Below the pieces are notes generated by a model that saw only the letters and a list, made by a program, of their open reading frames with translations, did not search any database and was not told the DNA's origin. A stretch of DNA of 63,839 bases, filler included, from Folioceros fuciformis (Eukaryota), in the NCBI GenBank assembly GCA_049999805.1. It is 10 parts of 10 records of this genome, joined end to end, with 100 filler letters (N's around TTAATTAATTAA, not from the genome) between each part and the next. Parts side by side here need not be neighbours in the genome. Positions count along the whole stretch, not along the records: positions 6,928 to 13,255 come from JBNGIO010001876.1; positions 13,356 to 15,053 come from JBNGIO010001878.1; positions 15,154 to 24,789 come from JBNGIO010001879.1; 7 more parts are not named here. One strand, written 5' to 3'. This document shows, in pieces, positions 11,220 to 22,591 of this stretch. The stretch's first letter is position 1, and every line of letters starts with the position of its first letter. The translations under genes were made by a program, and so were the position numbers.

Positions 11220-13551
11220 GATACATTAAGATCCAAGAACTAGGAAAGAGAGCACAATATTGGAGAAACTCAAGTTGATTGAATGGAATGTGGGATGCAA
11301 GGGAATGTACTGGTGATCACAATGCCCATAAAGGTCACAAGGACCATCCAACCCTTGAGTATGAAAGACACTTAAAACTAGCAAAGCATATAAAGGCTAC
11401 AACAAGCCTTATAGTTGTCAATGCACTTCATCCAACTTAGGTTATTGAAAGCCTTCCATGGCACTGGAGCCAACTTAGACTATGAGACATCAAGCTTGAG
11501 TGATCAATATACTTTATTCAACTTAGGTTAGGAGAAGCCTTTTAAAGTGCTTGAGCCATGTCAATCTATGAAGGTCCTTGTAATAGCCAATACACTTCAT
11601 CCAATGTGGTTTAGAAAAAACCATTTCATCACCAAGAACTTGATCGTACTTTAGATATGAAGAATATCACAAATGTTGCAACAGCGTTACTAGAGAGCCC
11701 ATGTACAATGAAGTGAGCCTAATAGTAGCTAACGACTTAAGTTCATCTAGCTTAGGTTAGGAAAGCCTTTAGAGAACCTAGCCCTTGACCCAACTTAGAG
11801 TATGAAAGAATATTACAAGGTTCTAGCAAGCCTTATCAGATAACACATGAATGTAGCTTAACCTAAGTTTGGAAGAATCTTACAAACAATGCAAGAGGAC
11901 TCAACTCAACTTTGTTGTCCTCGTTGTCCATCTACACTAATCGTTCTTCATACCCACATTACAGAGAGCATATGCTTTCCCTTGGCAATAAGTTGTGGGT
12001 GAAAATAGTGGAAGCATTCCTGAAGTGTTGCCTAGGACATGGCTCAATATTATCCTTCGAAATAGTGCAAGGATTCCTTGATAATAGCATAGAACATAGA
12101 TCAATACCGCCTGGGCAGTAATTTAGAGTATTGATTGATATGATTCTTACAATGACAAAAAGCTAAAGGACAAAAGTAGTGAACTAGTGGATGACAATAG
12201 GCTAAGTACATGGTATAGATAGTACAGTAGACCTATCTTATTGATTACCAAAGGTTAGTAGGTTCTAGAAAATAGTCATTACTTGGTATAAATTATGTAC
12301 TCAATTGATTATCAAGTTTCTTACTTGTTAAACCACATTTTATATGACAACTTTATTTTGTAGAAGAGTTGGAAACCTAACCTATGTACCGCTAAATGTA
12401 GAAGGGAACGCCCCAGTGAAGAGGACTAAAACAAAGGGGATGTTATGACATGGACTTACGGATTTGTCAATAGATATTATTCAGGCAATATTAGGTTAAT
12501 ATACAAAAAAAACAACGGGATATTCATAGCATAGATATTTAAGTATTATTTAACTAGTTGATCAAGATAAAGGGTAGCCATAGGGTATATGTGTAAGATC
12601 TAGGGACTATTTAGAACTTGAATTAGTCAATATCATCATTGTCATATAAAATATCTCATTGATAATAAAGGTAGAAATATTGTCCCACATCTTGTCCTCT
12701 TTCCCTCGCATCTTGTTAGCTTTGTTAAAATTCTAATTGGCTGTGTACGCGCTTAAGGGATGAGGAGTTTACCTAGTTCTTCTTTTAGTTTGGTGCCTTT
12801 GGTAGTTAGGCAATTAATCCTAGTTTGCAAGCTTATAAGCACAAGTTAATGTGATAAACCTATTTGCGGGCTTGTAAGCACAAGTTAAAGTGATAAGCCT
12901 ATTGTGGAGGCATAGTTTCTAAAGCTTAGTGCTTCTAAGACCAAGACCTTAGCCATAGTCAAACCTACATGTTCAAACAATTTTTAGATTCTAGCATTTT
13001 CTTACATGTTGTATCAAAAATATTTTTTATTAATTTATTTTAATAAAATTATTTTAAGAACATCAAGAATTTTAATAATTTTGCAAACTTTATATTATAA
13101 TTTTAAAAAATATAAAAATATACGATTATTATTTTAATTTTATAATCTACATCAATGAATACCACACTTAGCAAAAAGTACCATTCTGTATAGAGGAGTT
13201 TTGAAGTATAAACAATCAATCGTTAATTCTTAACATATATAAGTATGTAGGGAGTNNNNNNNNNNNNNNNNNNNNNNNNNNNNNNNNNNNNNNNNNNNNT
13301 TAATTAATTAANNNNNNNNNNNNNNNNNNNNNNNNNNNNNNNNNNNNNNNNNNNNGGCGAACGGCAGCGGCGTCGAGGGCGAAGACGAGAGCTGTTTGGG
13401 ATCCCGGCCGCAAGGTGGAATCTGATCTCAACAGAGGATTTAGGCTCAACGTATCATCCTAAATTGTGGACAGAAACGAGGGTAACAAAATCTAAATTAC
13501 ATTTCAACGATTTCTAACTAGCATTTTGGTTTATTTGCATTGATATTGAAC

Positions 13552-15053
13552 ATGGCGTCCTCAGAAAATGTCATGTTCAATATCGAAAAGTTAGATGGTA
13601 CTAACTTCTCGTTCTGGAAAGAACAAGTGTATAACGTTCTAGTACAGGAGAAGCAGATCAAGCCCATAAAGTTGCTAGGAGTGAAACCTATTAGCATGAC
13701 CCAGGATGAGTGGCAGGATCTAGATGAGCTTGCTAGGTCTACCATCATGCTAACATTGTCGAAGTCGGTCTACTTCAACGTGAAAGACAAGACCACAAGC
13801 TACGAGCTATGGCAGAAGTTGTGTGACCTGTACGAGAAGCAAAGTGCGGCTTCTCAGGTGTATTGGTTGAAACAACTGGTGGACTTGAAGATGAAGGAAG
13901 GGATGAGGATGTCCGATCATCTGAACGAGTTCAATACCATTTTCAGCCAGCTCTCATCTCAAGGTATCTCGTTCCCAGATTCCGTGAGAGCTATGTTTCT
14001 GTTGGTCACATTACTAGAGAGCTGGGACACCTTTCGTACAGCTCTGAGTAATTTCGCTCCTGCCAGTGGTCTTACCATTGTAAATGTCGAAGGTAGCCTG
14101 TTAACAGAGGAGGTAAACAGGAAGAATATGGAACCTTCGAAAGGTTCCAATGCCCTCATGGTGAGAGGAAGGTCCACTTCAAAGGGGAAGTACAAGGAGC
14201 GATGTTCTTTCCGTAGTAAATCTCGTAGTCGTAACAATGTTGAGTGTTACCATTGTCACAAGAAGGGGCACATCAGGAAGGACTGCGAGAAGTTCAAGAA
14301 GGACAAAGGAAAGGAGAAGAAGCAAAGCGACAACAAAGCAAGTCCGAGTACCAAGCCTAACGAGGTGAATTCTGTTGACGATGGAGATGTTCTTATCTCT
14401 TCTTCCTTCAATTCTGCACAACTGACGACCGTGGAGAGTCACTTATTCTCTAATTGGATAATTGACTCTGGAGCATCTTTCCATGTTACTCCGCATAGAG
14501 AGTGGTTTAGCACATATGATGCTACTAGGAAAGGATGTGTACGGCTTGGAAATAACTACGCATGCGAGATTGCAGGCGTTGGTGATGTATAGTTGAAGTT
14601 CGACAACGGATCTTCATTCGTACTGAAGGATGTTAGGCATGTTCCCAAGTTGGCTAAGAGCATGATTAGTGTAGGGCAGTTGGATGACGCTGGCTACCAT
14701 TGTTGGTTTGGAGATCGTTCTTGGAAGATCTCCAAAGGTTCTCTTGTGTTAGCTCGTGGATTGAAGTGTGGCACTTTGTAATCACTTCAGTAACCACTGT
14801 CAAGGATCATGTGATTTGTGTCACGGAACAGGAAAGTGTTCCCTTGTGGCATAGTCGGTTAGGGTATATGTCTCAAAAAGGAATGAAGATACTATCTCGT
14901 TTTGGTTACGTCCCTGCTTTTGACTTCTCCGATTTCTCCGTGTGTGAGCACTGTCTGTATGGGAAACAGACCAAGTCACCACATGGAGCAAGAGGTAAAC
15001 ACAAAAGTAAACCTCTTGAGTTGGTTCACAGTGACGTTTGTGGACCTATGCCC
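13552..15053 (+). mobile_element. Ty1/copia (Tnt1-like) gag-protease-pre-integrase fragment, disabled
   Basis: Motifs: IEKLDGTNFSFWK, CYHCHKKGHIRKDC knuckle, WIIDSGASFH protease, LWHSRLG..CEHC and LELVHSDVCGPM. Premature stops at 14590 (TAG; CAG in the paralog) and 14779 (TAA; TAC in the paralog). Confidence 0.95.
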
Positions 15054-15153
15054 NNNNNNNNNNNNNNNNNNNNNNNNNNNNNNNNNNNNNNNNNNNNTTA
15101 ATTAATTAANNNNNNNNNNNNNNNNNNNNNNNNNNNNNNNNNNNNNNNNNNNN

Positions 15154-17160
15154 TCGCCTGGCGAGGAGAAGCGGAGAGGCAGGGAGGTGGTGGAGAGCGT
15201 GCTGCTGGATCCGGAGGAGCCGGCGGTGGCGACTCCCTCTCGGGAGGAGATGAGAGCTCCCGTGTTGTCGATTGTGCAAGCCAGTGAAATTTGTGAGGTG
15301 GAAGAGGAGGAGGAGGAAGAGGAAGAGGAAGAGGAAGAGGAAGAGGATGTTTTCTTCGACGACGAGCTTAGCTTGCCTGTGGATTTCCCCCGCAGTGACA
15401 TCGATTTTAACCGCTTCTCTTTCGATGATGGCATCGGGTGCGGCAGCCGCTCTCTGGCCGGGAGGAGTGGTCGGAAATTGGAGCTGGTCTGTGTGGAGAA
15501 ACCGACGTTGGAAAAAACTGCGGCTCAGATCATGGCTGCGTTGCAGAAGACCGAGGAGGAGATCAGGAAGTTGGAGCAGATTGCTCTTGCGGAGAGTAGG
15601 ATTGCTTTCGCGGAGAGCAGGATGACGGGCGCGCCCGGGTGCGGGCTCATCCGACAGCGCTCTCATCCGGGGGGCTGGTTGGATGAGAGTCCCAGGCCGT
15701 CTGTAGTGGGGACGATGGACGACAGCTTGCTTTTCACTCCCAAGACGCCCAGCATTGAGGTGGAGCGGTCGCTGAGACGGGGCTCTGACCAGGACGGGGA
15801 GAGCCGGGCAGAGATGAACGCTTCTCTGTCCCGTCTTACCCATCGCGACCGGATGCTGCCGGCTGAAGCTGCCGGGACCAAGGAGAAAAAGTTTTACTTC
15901 AACAGCAGTTTTGTCGGCGACGAGATGGGCGGCCGAACTGGCCGTCTATCTGCAGCTGATGCTTTCGACGACGTTCCTCGGCGCCGGCATAGCGGGGACT
16001 ACGCTTCTGAGAGGGCCAAGGTGTTGAAGGCCAGCGAGCAGGCAGCCTCTCCGGAGATGAGAAGCGCTTGCTCCACTCCGGGAAGACCCAGCTTCACGCT
16101 CGACGAGAGCAGCTCTGGGCGGCTTTTCTCCATCGAGAAGCTGGACTCGGATTTCCCCAAGACTGCCTACTCGACCAGGCTGGCAGAGTCCAGGTCGCTG
16201 CATGACAGCCCGATCAGGAATCCGGCTAAGGACACCAGGAGAGTGTCGGAGCAGATGTTCGGTGGCTCTTCTCTCCAAGAACCAGCTCTGAATCCCGCTC
16301 CCCGAGTGCCCATCAAGCAGCTCGTGGAATGCTCCAACTGTAGGTGCCTGCAAGAGAAGCCATCGAGCAGCAGCAGCAGGATGCCCACCCCAGACCGGAG
16401 CGAGATATCCATGTCCAGAAGCAGCAGTAGCAAAGGTGGCCGGAGAATCTCGCAGCTGGCGAGAACAGAGAGGGGCTCTGACAGCCCTCTGCGGCACGAT
16501 AGCGACACCACTGCCCAGCCCAGGGCCGAGGGAATCAGAGATGGTCCGTCCAGGCATGACAGCCCTCTGAGGCGTGAGAAAGGAAGTGGGTCTGACAGTC
16601 CTCTCAGGAACGACAAGCCAGAGCCTCTGCAAGTGAAGCTGGCGGCCCCGCAGAGCCCACTCAGATCACAGGCTTCTCCTGCACGTCCCAGCATGTCCGG
16701 AAGCACTACTACCGGGAGGGAGTTCTCTGGCGGGGCGTCCCCTTCTCGCTCGAGACGGAGGGTCAAGGTCAAGCTCCGTCTCATGTCTCCTTTCCACTTC
16801 CTGCGCAAGCTCAAGGAGGTCTGTGCCCGCCTTATCCTTGCTGCGTCCTCCTCCGTGAAGCCGGAGTCTGTGATGGTGGACAACTGGAGTGCTGCGGCTG
16901 GCCGGGCCAGCACTAGCAGCACCTGGAGTTTCGTGAGCGCTGCTACTGCTGTGCCTGCCACTCCTGGTCGGGTGAGCGAGAGTGCGGCCGGCAACAGTCC
17001 CAGAATCAGTACCCGCAAGAGTTGCGTGGCCAAGAGCACGCGTGGTTCGCCCTACATCTGCTCGCCGGCGCTGAGCAGACACTCCTTCTACTCCGAAGCC
17101 ATCTCCGACTGCATCGAGTTCATCAAGAGGTCGTCAACGCCTGATACCAGAATTGTATGA
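15154..17160 (+). CDS. Long Ser/Pro/Arg-rich disordered protein with plant josephin-like-family C-terminal motifs (5' truncated by spacer)
   Basis: Uninterrupted GC-rich ORF of more than 657 aa with a poly-Glu tract and repeated DSPLR motifs. It ends in MSPFHFLRKLKEVCARL...SEAISDCIEFIKRSS. Confidence 0.75.
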   Translation, partial: SPGEEKRRGREVVESVLLDPEEPAVATPSREEMRAPVLSIVQASEICEVEEEEEEEEEEEEEEEDVFFDDELSLPVDFPRSDIDFNRFSFDDGIGCGSRSLAGRSGRKLELVCVEKPTLEKTAAQIMAALQKTEEEIRKLEQIALAESRIAFAESRMTGAPGCGLIRQRSHPGGWLDESPRPSVVGTMDDSLLFTPKTPSIEVERSLRRGSDQDGESRAEMNASLSRLTHRDRMLPAEAAGTKEKKFYFNSSFVGDEMGGRTGRLSAADAFDDVPRRRHSGDYASERAKVLKASEQAASPEMRSACSTPGRPSFTLDESSSGRLFSIEKLDSDFPKTAYSTRLAESRSLHDSPIRNPAKDTRRVSEQMFGGSSLQEPALNPAPRVPIKQLVECSNCRCLQEKPSSSSSRMPTPDRSEISMSRSSSSKGGRRISQLARTERGSDSPLRHDSDTTAQPRAEGIRDGPSRHDSPLRREKGSGSDSPLRNDKPEPLQVKLAAPQSPLRSQASPARPSMSGSTTTGREFSGGASPSRSRRRVKVKLRLMSPFHFLRKLKEVCARLILAASSSVKPESVMVDNWSAAAGRASTSSTWSFVSAATAVPATPGRVSESAAGNSPRISTRKSCVAKSTRGSPYICSPALSRHSFYSEAISDCIEFIKRSSTPDTRIV

Positions 17161-17550
17161 TGCCTTGTCCTCTCTCCCGTTCCTCTCGCCGTGCTGTCAA
17201 TGTTCTTTTGTCGCTCGGTTTGCAACGTGAGGTAGTAACTCGGTGAATGGAGTGCTTACTGGCTTAGTGATCCCTGCCATTCTCCTCCTGAGCCCACAGG
17301 ACCTAGATCTGATTTAAAGTAGGCCTAAATCGATGGTCTTCCTACTCGACACTACCTACTGTGTCTACAGGCTCGCCAATTTTTGCTATGGGCAGGTTGC
17401 CTTGACACCGTTGTGTACATATAATATATAGCTTTTATCGTCCCTCAGTGGTTTCTGAACGTCAAGCTTGCTCTACGTCGACCAAAAGAAGCACTTCAAC
17501 TCCCACCACCCAAATCACATAAGCTCAAGCAAAACACTGCACATTACAAG

Positions 17551-18108
17551 ATGGCAAGCGTCCGGAGAAAGCAACCGCCTCCCCTGAGGCGTTTGGGTTC
17601 CTTGTTGTTATATGCGTTTGGGCTCCTCCTTTCCCAGGCACTTGTTGCTCTTCCAAGGTTTGAGCATATAATGGCTGGCCCGAACTCCTCAGTTGATTTG
17701 GTACTGCGAAAGTTGGCTCAGCCCAGTGACAAAGAGGAATCATGTCTACACCGCAGATGCAGCACGCGATGGCATCCGACCAGGTGGACGCCCAGTTTAA
17801 CTTTTCTGCGCCAAGAGGAGTAGCACACTTCCCGCAGGCGGTTGTGAAAAGGCATCGTTTTGATGTTCATCACCAGGCAACAACTGCACCGCATGCTCGC
17901 TCACAGCAGTCTTTCTCCGAGTTAGATGTGACTGGATAGATGGGATGATTCTGATCGCTGATTGTCATGTCAGGACCGCGCCGCGGATGAAGAAGCAATG
18001 GAGGGGAGAGTATACCAAGCTATGCTTCAACTGAACGCTTCGAGTTCTGAAGCTGAAGCAAAACTAACAACGAATCCCAAAAAGAGAATCAGACCTTCTG
18101 CCAAGTGA
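17551..18108 (+). CDS. Possible small secreted protein (speculative 3-exon model)
   Basis: Basic N-terminus plus hydrophobic LGSLLLYAFGLLLSQ resembles a signal peptide. Candidate acceptors at about 17755 (CCGCAG) and about 17973 (TGTCAG) give an open frame only if GC donors are used. Confidence 0.3.
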
Positions 18109-18528
18109 GAACCAACTGTTGCACAGTGTATCTTGTCAAATGAAGAACGAGTTCTCGACACAAGCAACTGGCAGGAAAGGCGAGGAAGCTCTTACTGTAG
18201 CTCAATCGGAGAGGCTCCCAGTGAGCTGAGTGAACGTTCATGGATTGCTTAATCTTAAAAACAAGGATTTTGAGCTGACACTGGATACCACGTTTCGGTA
18301 TAGAAGGTGCCACACTGTGAGCACTTCCCTGCGAGCTCAGGACAAATCCTTCTACTTTGTGATCTACAAGGTTTCCTCCCTCCCAAGTTACGAGAAGCTT
18401 ACGAAAGGTTACAAAGAGCACAGTGACGCTCAGAAATCACCCGCAAATTCCTGCTTAGCGATGACAACATCCTCACCGATACATCTCCAATAAATTTTCC
18501 CTTGCCCTACCTGCCGCAACAAACAGTT

Positions 18529-19345
18529 TCAGGCAGATATGACAATCGGTTTCGGTCCTTCCGGTTGGGCTGGTGGAGAGTACCACCCTAGCTCAATCTC
18601 CAGAGCCCTCTTTGCTCGGGATAAGCGAGACTTCCTGTTTGCTCCCTTGTTCCTATGAATGGTCCCAACCTTCACAGACTTATCGATGATCCTAAAAGCC
18701 TCCGATATCAATTTCTCAACCGGTAGCAAATCCTCCTTCGTAGGCTGCTGTGACTTCTTCAAAGCTTCCAAGGCAACAAAAACCTGCCGGACACATTGAA
18801 CCGTCAAAGCGGGGACACCGAAACGGGATACACCAACCAGCTAAATGCAACGGGGAGTGCCAGCCGCGAAAGACACGGTCCGCAGTTAGGGTGTCCGAGG
18901 CAAGCACCTTCTTCATCCGCGTTCCAATTTCAGACTTCCTGGATTTGTTGTACATCCGCCTTTTCTCAGCTTGCCTAGCTCTCTTGGCAGCGGAGTCCGC
19001 CTTCTTCGGTGCAGGAGTAGCGGTCTTAGCAGCTCTCACGATAACGGACGGTCTGCTGAGCCGCAATGCCGCTCGGCTCGGAACCGCCAGTCTCAAACCT
19101 GCCACCGAATCCACCACGCCATGAGCAAGACATTCATCCGCACCGCTCCAGCCCTACTCCGCTCCCGACGACACCGGCCGCAGCAAGCTGAAAAAAATAC
19201 CAGCAAGGGAGGACGAGGAGAAGGACGTGGAGACCGACGCCGATGACCGCACACTCCAGTGCATGCGGCTTGGAGCCGACGACAGCGAGGTGGCGGCGAT
19301 GGAGAGAGCTCCCATGGCGGAGGTCAGGGCCACAGCCGTCGCCAT
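18529..19345 (-). CDS. PRPS20: Plastid 30S ribosomal protein S20 with transit peptide; exons 19345-19201, 19098-18908, 18783-18529
   Basis: KADSAAKRARQAEKRRMYNKSRKSEI.TRMKKV and IDKSVKVGTIHRNKGANRKSRL are bS20 signatures. The N-terminus is Ser/Ala-rich and the introns are canonical GT-AG. Confidence 0.95.
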
Positions 19346-19596
19346 TGCTGCTCCGGCAAATCTGCAGACTCGTTTCGGATGAGGCTGTCCAAGTATGTAC
19401 TGTACCTACTACTACATTCATACATTTTATTTAAGTTCACTAAAACCGAATTTTCGTCAATGGCACTGCACCAGTTGTGCACATGCGCTGCCTAACATGA
19501 GCCCGGACTCCGTTCTCAGCACAGCGGAATCCGTCCAATCCCAGCCCCGAGATTGAACATGTATATAATACTCTAATTCTTTTTTGATATTTTACG

Positions 19597-21210
19597 TTAC
19601 AGGCTTACTACCCTGGTGATCAGCTGGAGGACGTTGATGGGACTGATGTCCTGAGTGCCGCCGGTGAAGAGAGCCGGAGCCAGGAGATGGTTCACATGTT
19701 CCGTGGGGTGGAAGGCGTCCCAGAAGACGTACTCCGAGCGGTCAGGGCACACGGCTGCCCCGAGGTATGCAACGCAAGGGAGGTAGCCGCCGGCGGCACT
19801 GCAGCACGGCATGTTGGTCACGTTGAAACCTGCAGCACTCGGAATCACAAGACGTCTCAGCCACAAGACGTCTCAGAAGGGAAGCAAGCGAGTCTGCAAG
19901 CGAATCCGTGTGCCTGCGCATGCGTACCCTCGGGGGCGGGGTTGTTGATGAGATTGAGCACGAAGTCGTACGTATTGGCGTAGAGGAATGCGGCGTCCGG
20001 GAGCTGGGATCGAAGCTGCTGGAGCAGAGTTTGCAGCGCGGAGTTGAACCCGGAGGCCAGCTGGTTCACTCTGTCCACGCAGGTTCCGTTGGAGCCGTTT
20101 TGCAGCATCTGGGAGGGGATGCAGCCTAAGGGGCCCAGGCCGACGACCACGAAGTTGCGGGCTCCCAGAGAGTGTATCGTCTGCAGTGTGAAGTGACGGG
20201 GGATGAAGCCACGGCTCGTGTCAAGATTTCATGCTGCTGTGCAGGATGGGGGCTAGATTAAGTGCGTGAGTATGGATCTGACCGTGAGCTGCCTCCGGAG
20301 GTTGGTGATCAGCAGGTCCTGGTAGGCAGACGGCGAGAGGAGGCTTCTGGAACTGAAGGGCATTAAGTAGTTGTTGATGTAGTCGTTGCTGCCGATCACG
20401 ACGGCGAAGAGGGAGTTGTTTCGGAGCAGGGCTTCCGTGGAGTCGTTTCCCAGCAGCGCCTGCAGGCTCAGGGTGGTGTTACGGAAGAAGGAGATCTGCT
20501 GGTCGAAGTTGATGTTGGTGATCTGCACACGGTGAGCGGACCAGTGTGAGAAAGAAACGGATATTAATTCCTAGCCTGACGGAGCCAAGCCACCGAGTTC
20601 CAGCGGCGGATGCGAGTGGGATGGATACTCACGTAGTTCCGGCCGGTGTCGTTCAGAATGCCCGCGGCTGCGGAAGCGTAGTTCACCCCCTGGAGAATCC
20701 CGGAGCCACCTGCTTGGATGTCGGGCTGGAGGTACGGCGGCTGGCTGGTTGCGAAGCCTATGAGTTCAGCTGCATCGATCAACAAGTCCGAGCCAACAGC
20801 ACTCGCTGAGAAGTTGAAAATGAGTGCACTAGCACCGCGGACGAGCAACACAATAATTCTTCCACAACACAGACTGTACTCCACACAGCGCGTTGCGACA
20901 GGGTGGTGCTAATGTTACAGAGAATGTCCTGAACGGTTTTGCCGTTGCAGAATCGGCCTGTTGCAACGCCACCCGGGAAGTCGATCCCGTTGTAGGGGAA
21001 GTTTGCTTTGGCCAAAGTGGGGATGTAGTTGTTGTTCCCCACGTCCACCAGGGAGTCTCCGAACGTGAACATGGCTTGAGTCAGCGGAGCTGCATCAGCT
21101 CCCGGCCCCGTACCGTAGCTCATCACCACCACAGCTATCGATAACGAAATGCAGACCAATCTGGCCAGCATCCTCGCATGTACAGTGCAGCACTGCTTGG
21201 ACGTCATCAT
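19597..21210 (-). CDS. GDSL esterase/lipase, 5 exons, signal peptide
   Basis: Motifs: FTFGDSLVDVGNNNY, TGRFCNG, GVNYASAAAGI, IGSNDYINNY, GPLGCIP, FWDAFHPTE. Confidence 0.95.
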
Positions 21211-22591
21211 CGTGGCCGGGAAGGCGCTGCCTTAACACCGTCTCCGGCTCGGAGTCCTCATCTGGCAGGCACAACAGGGGCACACACTACCCTCCTGCTC
21301 TCACACAGATGCAGTATCAGACCTGCAGCCACGCCAGAAAAGGGACCCCATTTCCATCTCCATTTCCGGAAACCTTTAAGGTGAACTAACTGCAGCAGCA
21401 GCTGAGCTGCTGTACATGCTGAGGCGGTGACTTCGGCCACTACTGCACGAATTTGTGCAGTCTGCTCAGGAAGCATCCAATGCGTGCTCCCGCAAACACC
21501 GAATTCAAGTGTGCTTGCCGGTGCACAAACCAGCAAAGGAGCAGCATTCCCGGAGTGGAAGGAACACCGTCGGCCCGTCGGGAGCTGTACAACCTTACTC
21601 CCGGCACACACTCTTTCCACCGTACTATTCGGCTGAAACAAGGCATTATTGCTCCCTTTCCCAAACCCCAAACCTCATTCAAACAAAACTTTTCCCTCCT
21701 GAACACCAGCTTCTGCAGTTTCTTGCTATATCCATTCGTCCAAGGTCGGTGCGCCTTGGTAGTATTGAATGCCATGGGGCCCGTGGGATGGGTATTGCAG
21801 TTGCCAGTTTGCACCACCGTTTCAAAACATGCCTTCTCCACGTTCTTCGAGGACCTTCGGTTCCTTGGGACCTCCACACCCCCTTCCTTCACAGTCCTCA
21901 TGAAAGTATCATCAAACCGTTTCTCATAGGGTCTACTAGAAGCTTTTGCTTCCCATCCGTGGAGAAATAAGGGCATCTGCCTGTGCGTGGCTAATGCGGC
22001 CTACAAGCTGGTGAGGAGGCAAGGCGTGTGATCTTGATGTTTCACCTTTCCGCTTCCACCTTCCACCTTGGGGAAGCAGACGCGAACACGCCATGTAATT
22101 TGCGGCTTGTGCACCTACGGGAAGGCACCACGTTGTGACAGGTTAGAAAATCAGACTCCAAGTTGTCGTACCCCTCCAATCAGGCTCCCAACGTCACACC
22201 TGTTGTATGATGGGGTACGCAATCTTGTATTCCATGACCCTTCGGGTTACAAAATTTGTGCCCAGTGTCTTGTCCGGGTGGCACCACGGATGTCTACCAA
22301 AAGGAGTGATCCGCTTGAAGCAATCTTCTGCCGCAAACCGGGATACCTATGATACACGAGCTGGCAGTAGCAGGCGGGCTGACCAACGGGTTTGGGCTTG
22401 TCACCCAGCGTGCATTCCGTGGAGCGTTAATCCAGGTATTGCATCTAGAAACGCAACCGACTTCCGTGACCACGTCCCAGAAGGCTGTCATGTCTCCGAC
22501 CCTGTTTTACACTCCGGCGGAGAGAATTTGTCTTCGACAAAAGCGCCGAGCTCAAATGGATAAATTATGGGCTGCTGACCAGCCATGTCAC

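Larger units (their letters stand above)
7600..13255 (-). repeat. Tandem array of about 2.6-3.0 kb units (two complete, third cut by the spacer)
   Basis: ORF A offset is 2550 bp. The identical 36-mer AACCTAAGTTTGGAAGAATCTTACAAACAATGCAAG occurs at about 9292 and 11860. The block ATGAATACCACACTTAGCAAAAAGTA occurs at 10155 and 13155. Confidence 0.85.

Noticed and set aside
15106-17082. Long antisense ORFs (245, 228, 290 aa) over the 657-aa gene
   Set aside because: These are shadow ORFs expected in GC-rich coding DNA, with no motifs.
21258-22563. Cluster of overlapping 120-180 aa ORFs on both strands
   Set aside because: There is no domain signal or consistent frame. It is likely the GDSL promoter region and MED26-like 3' region.
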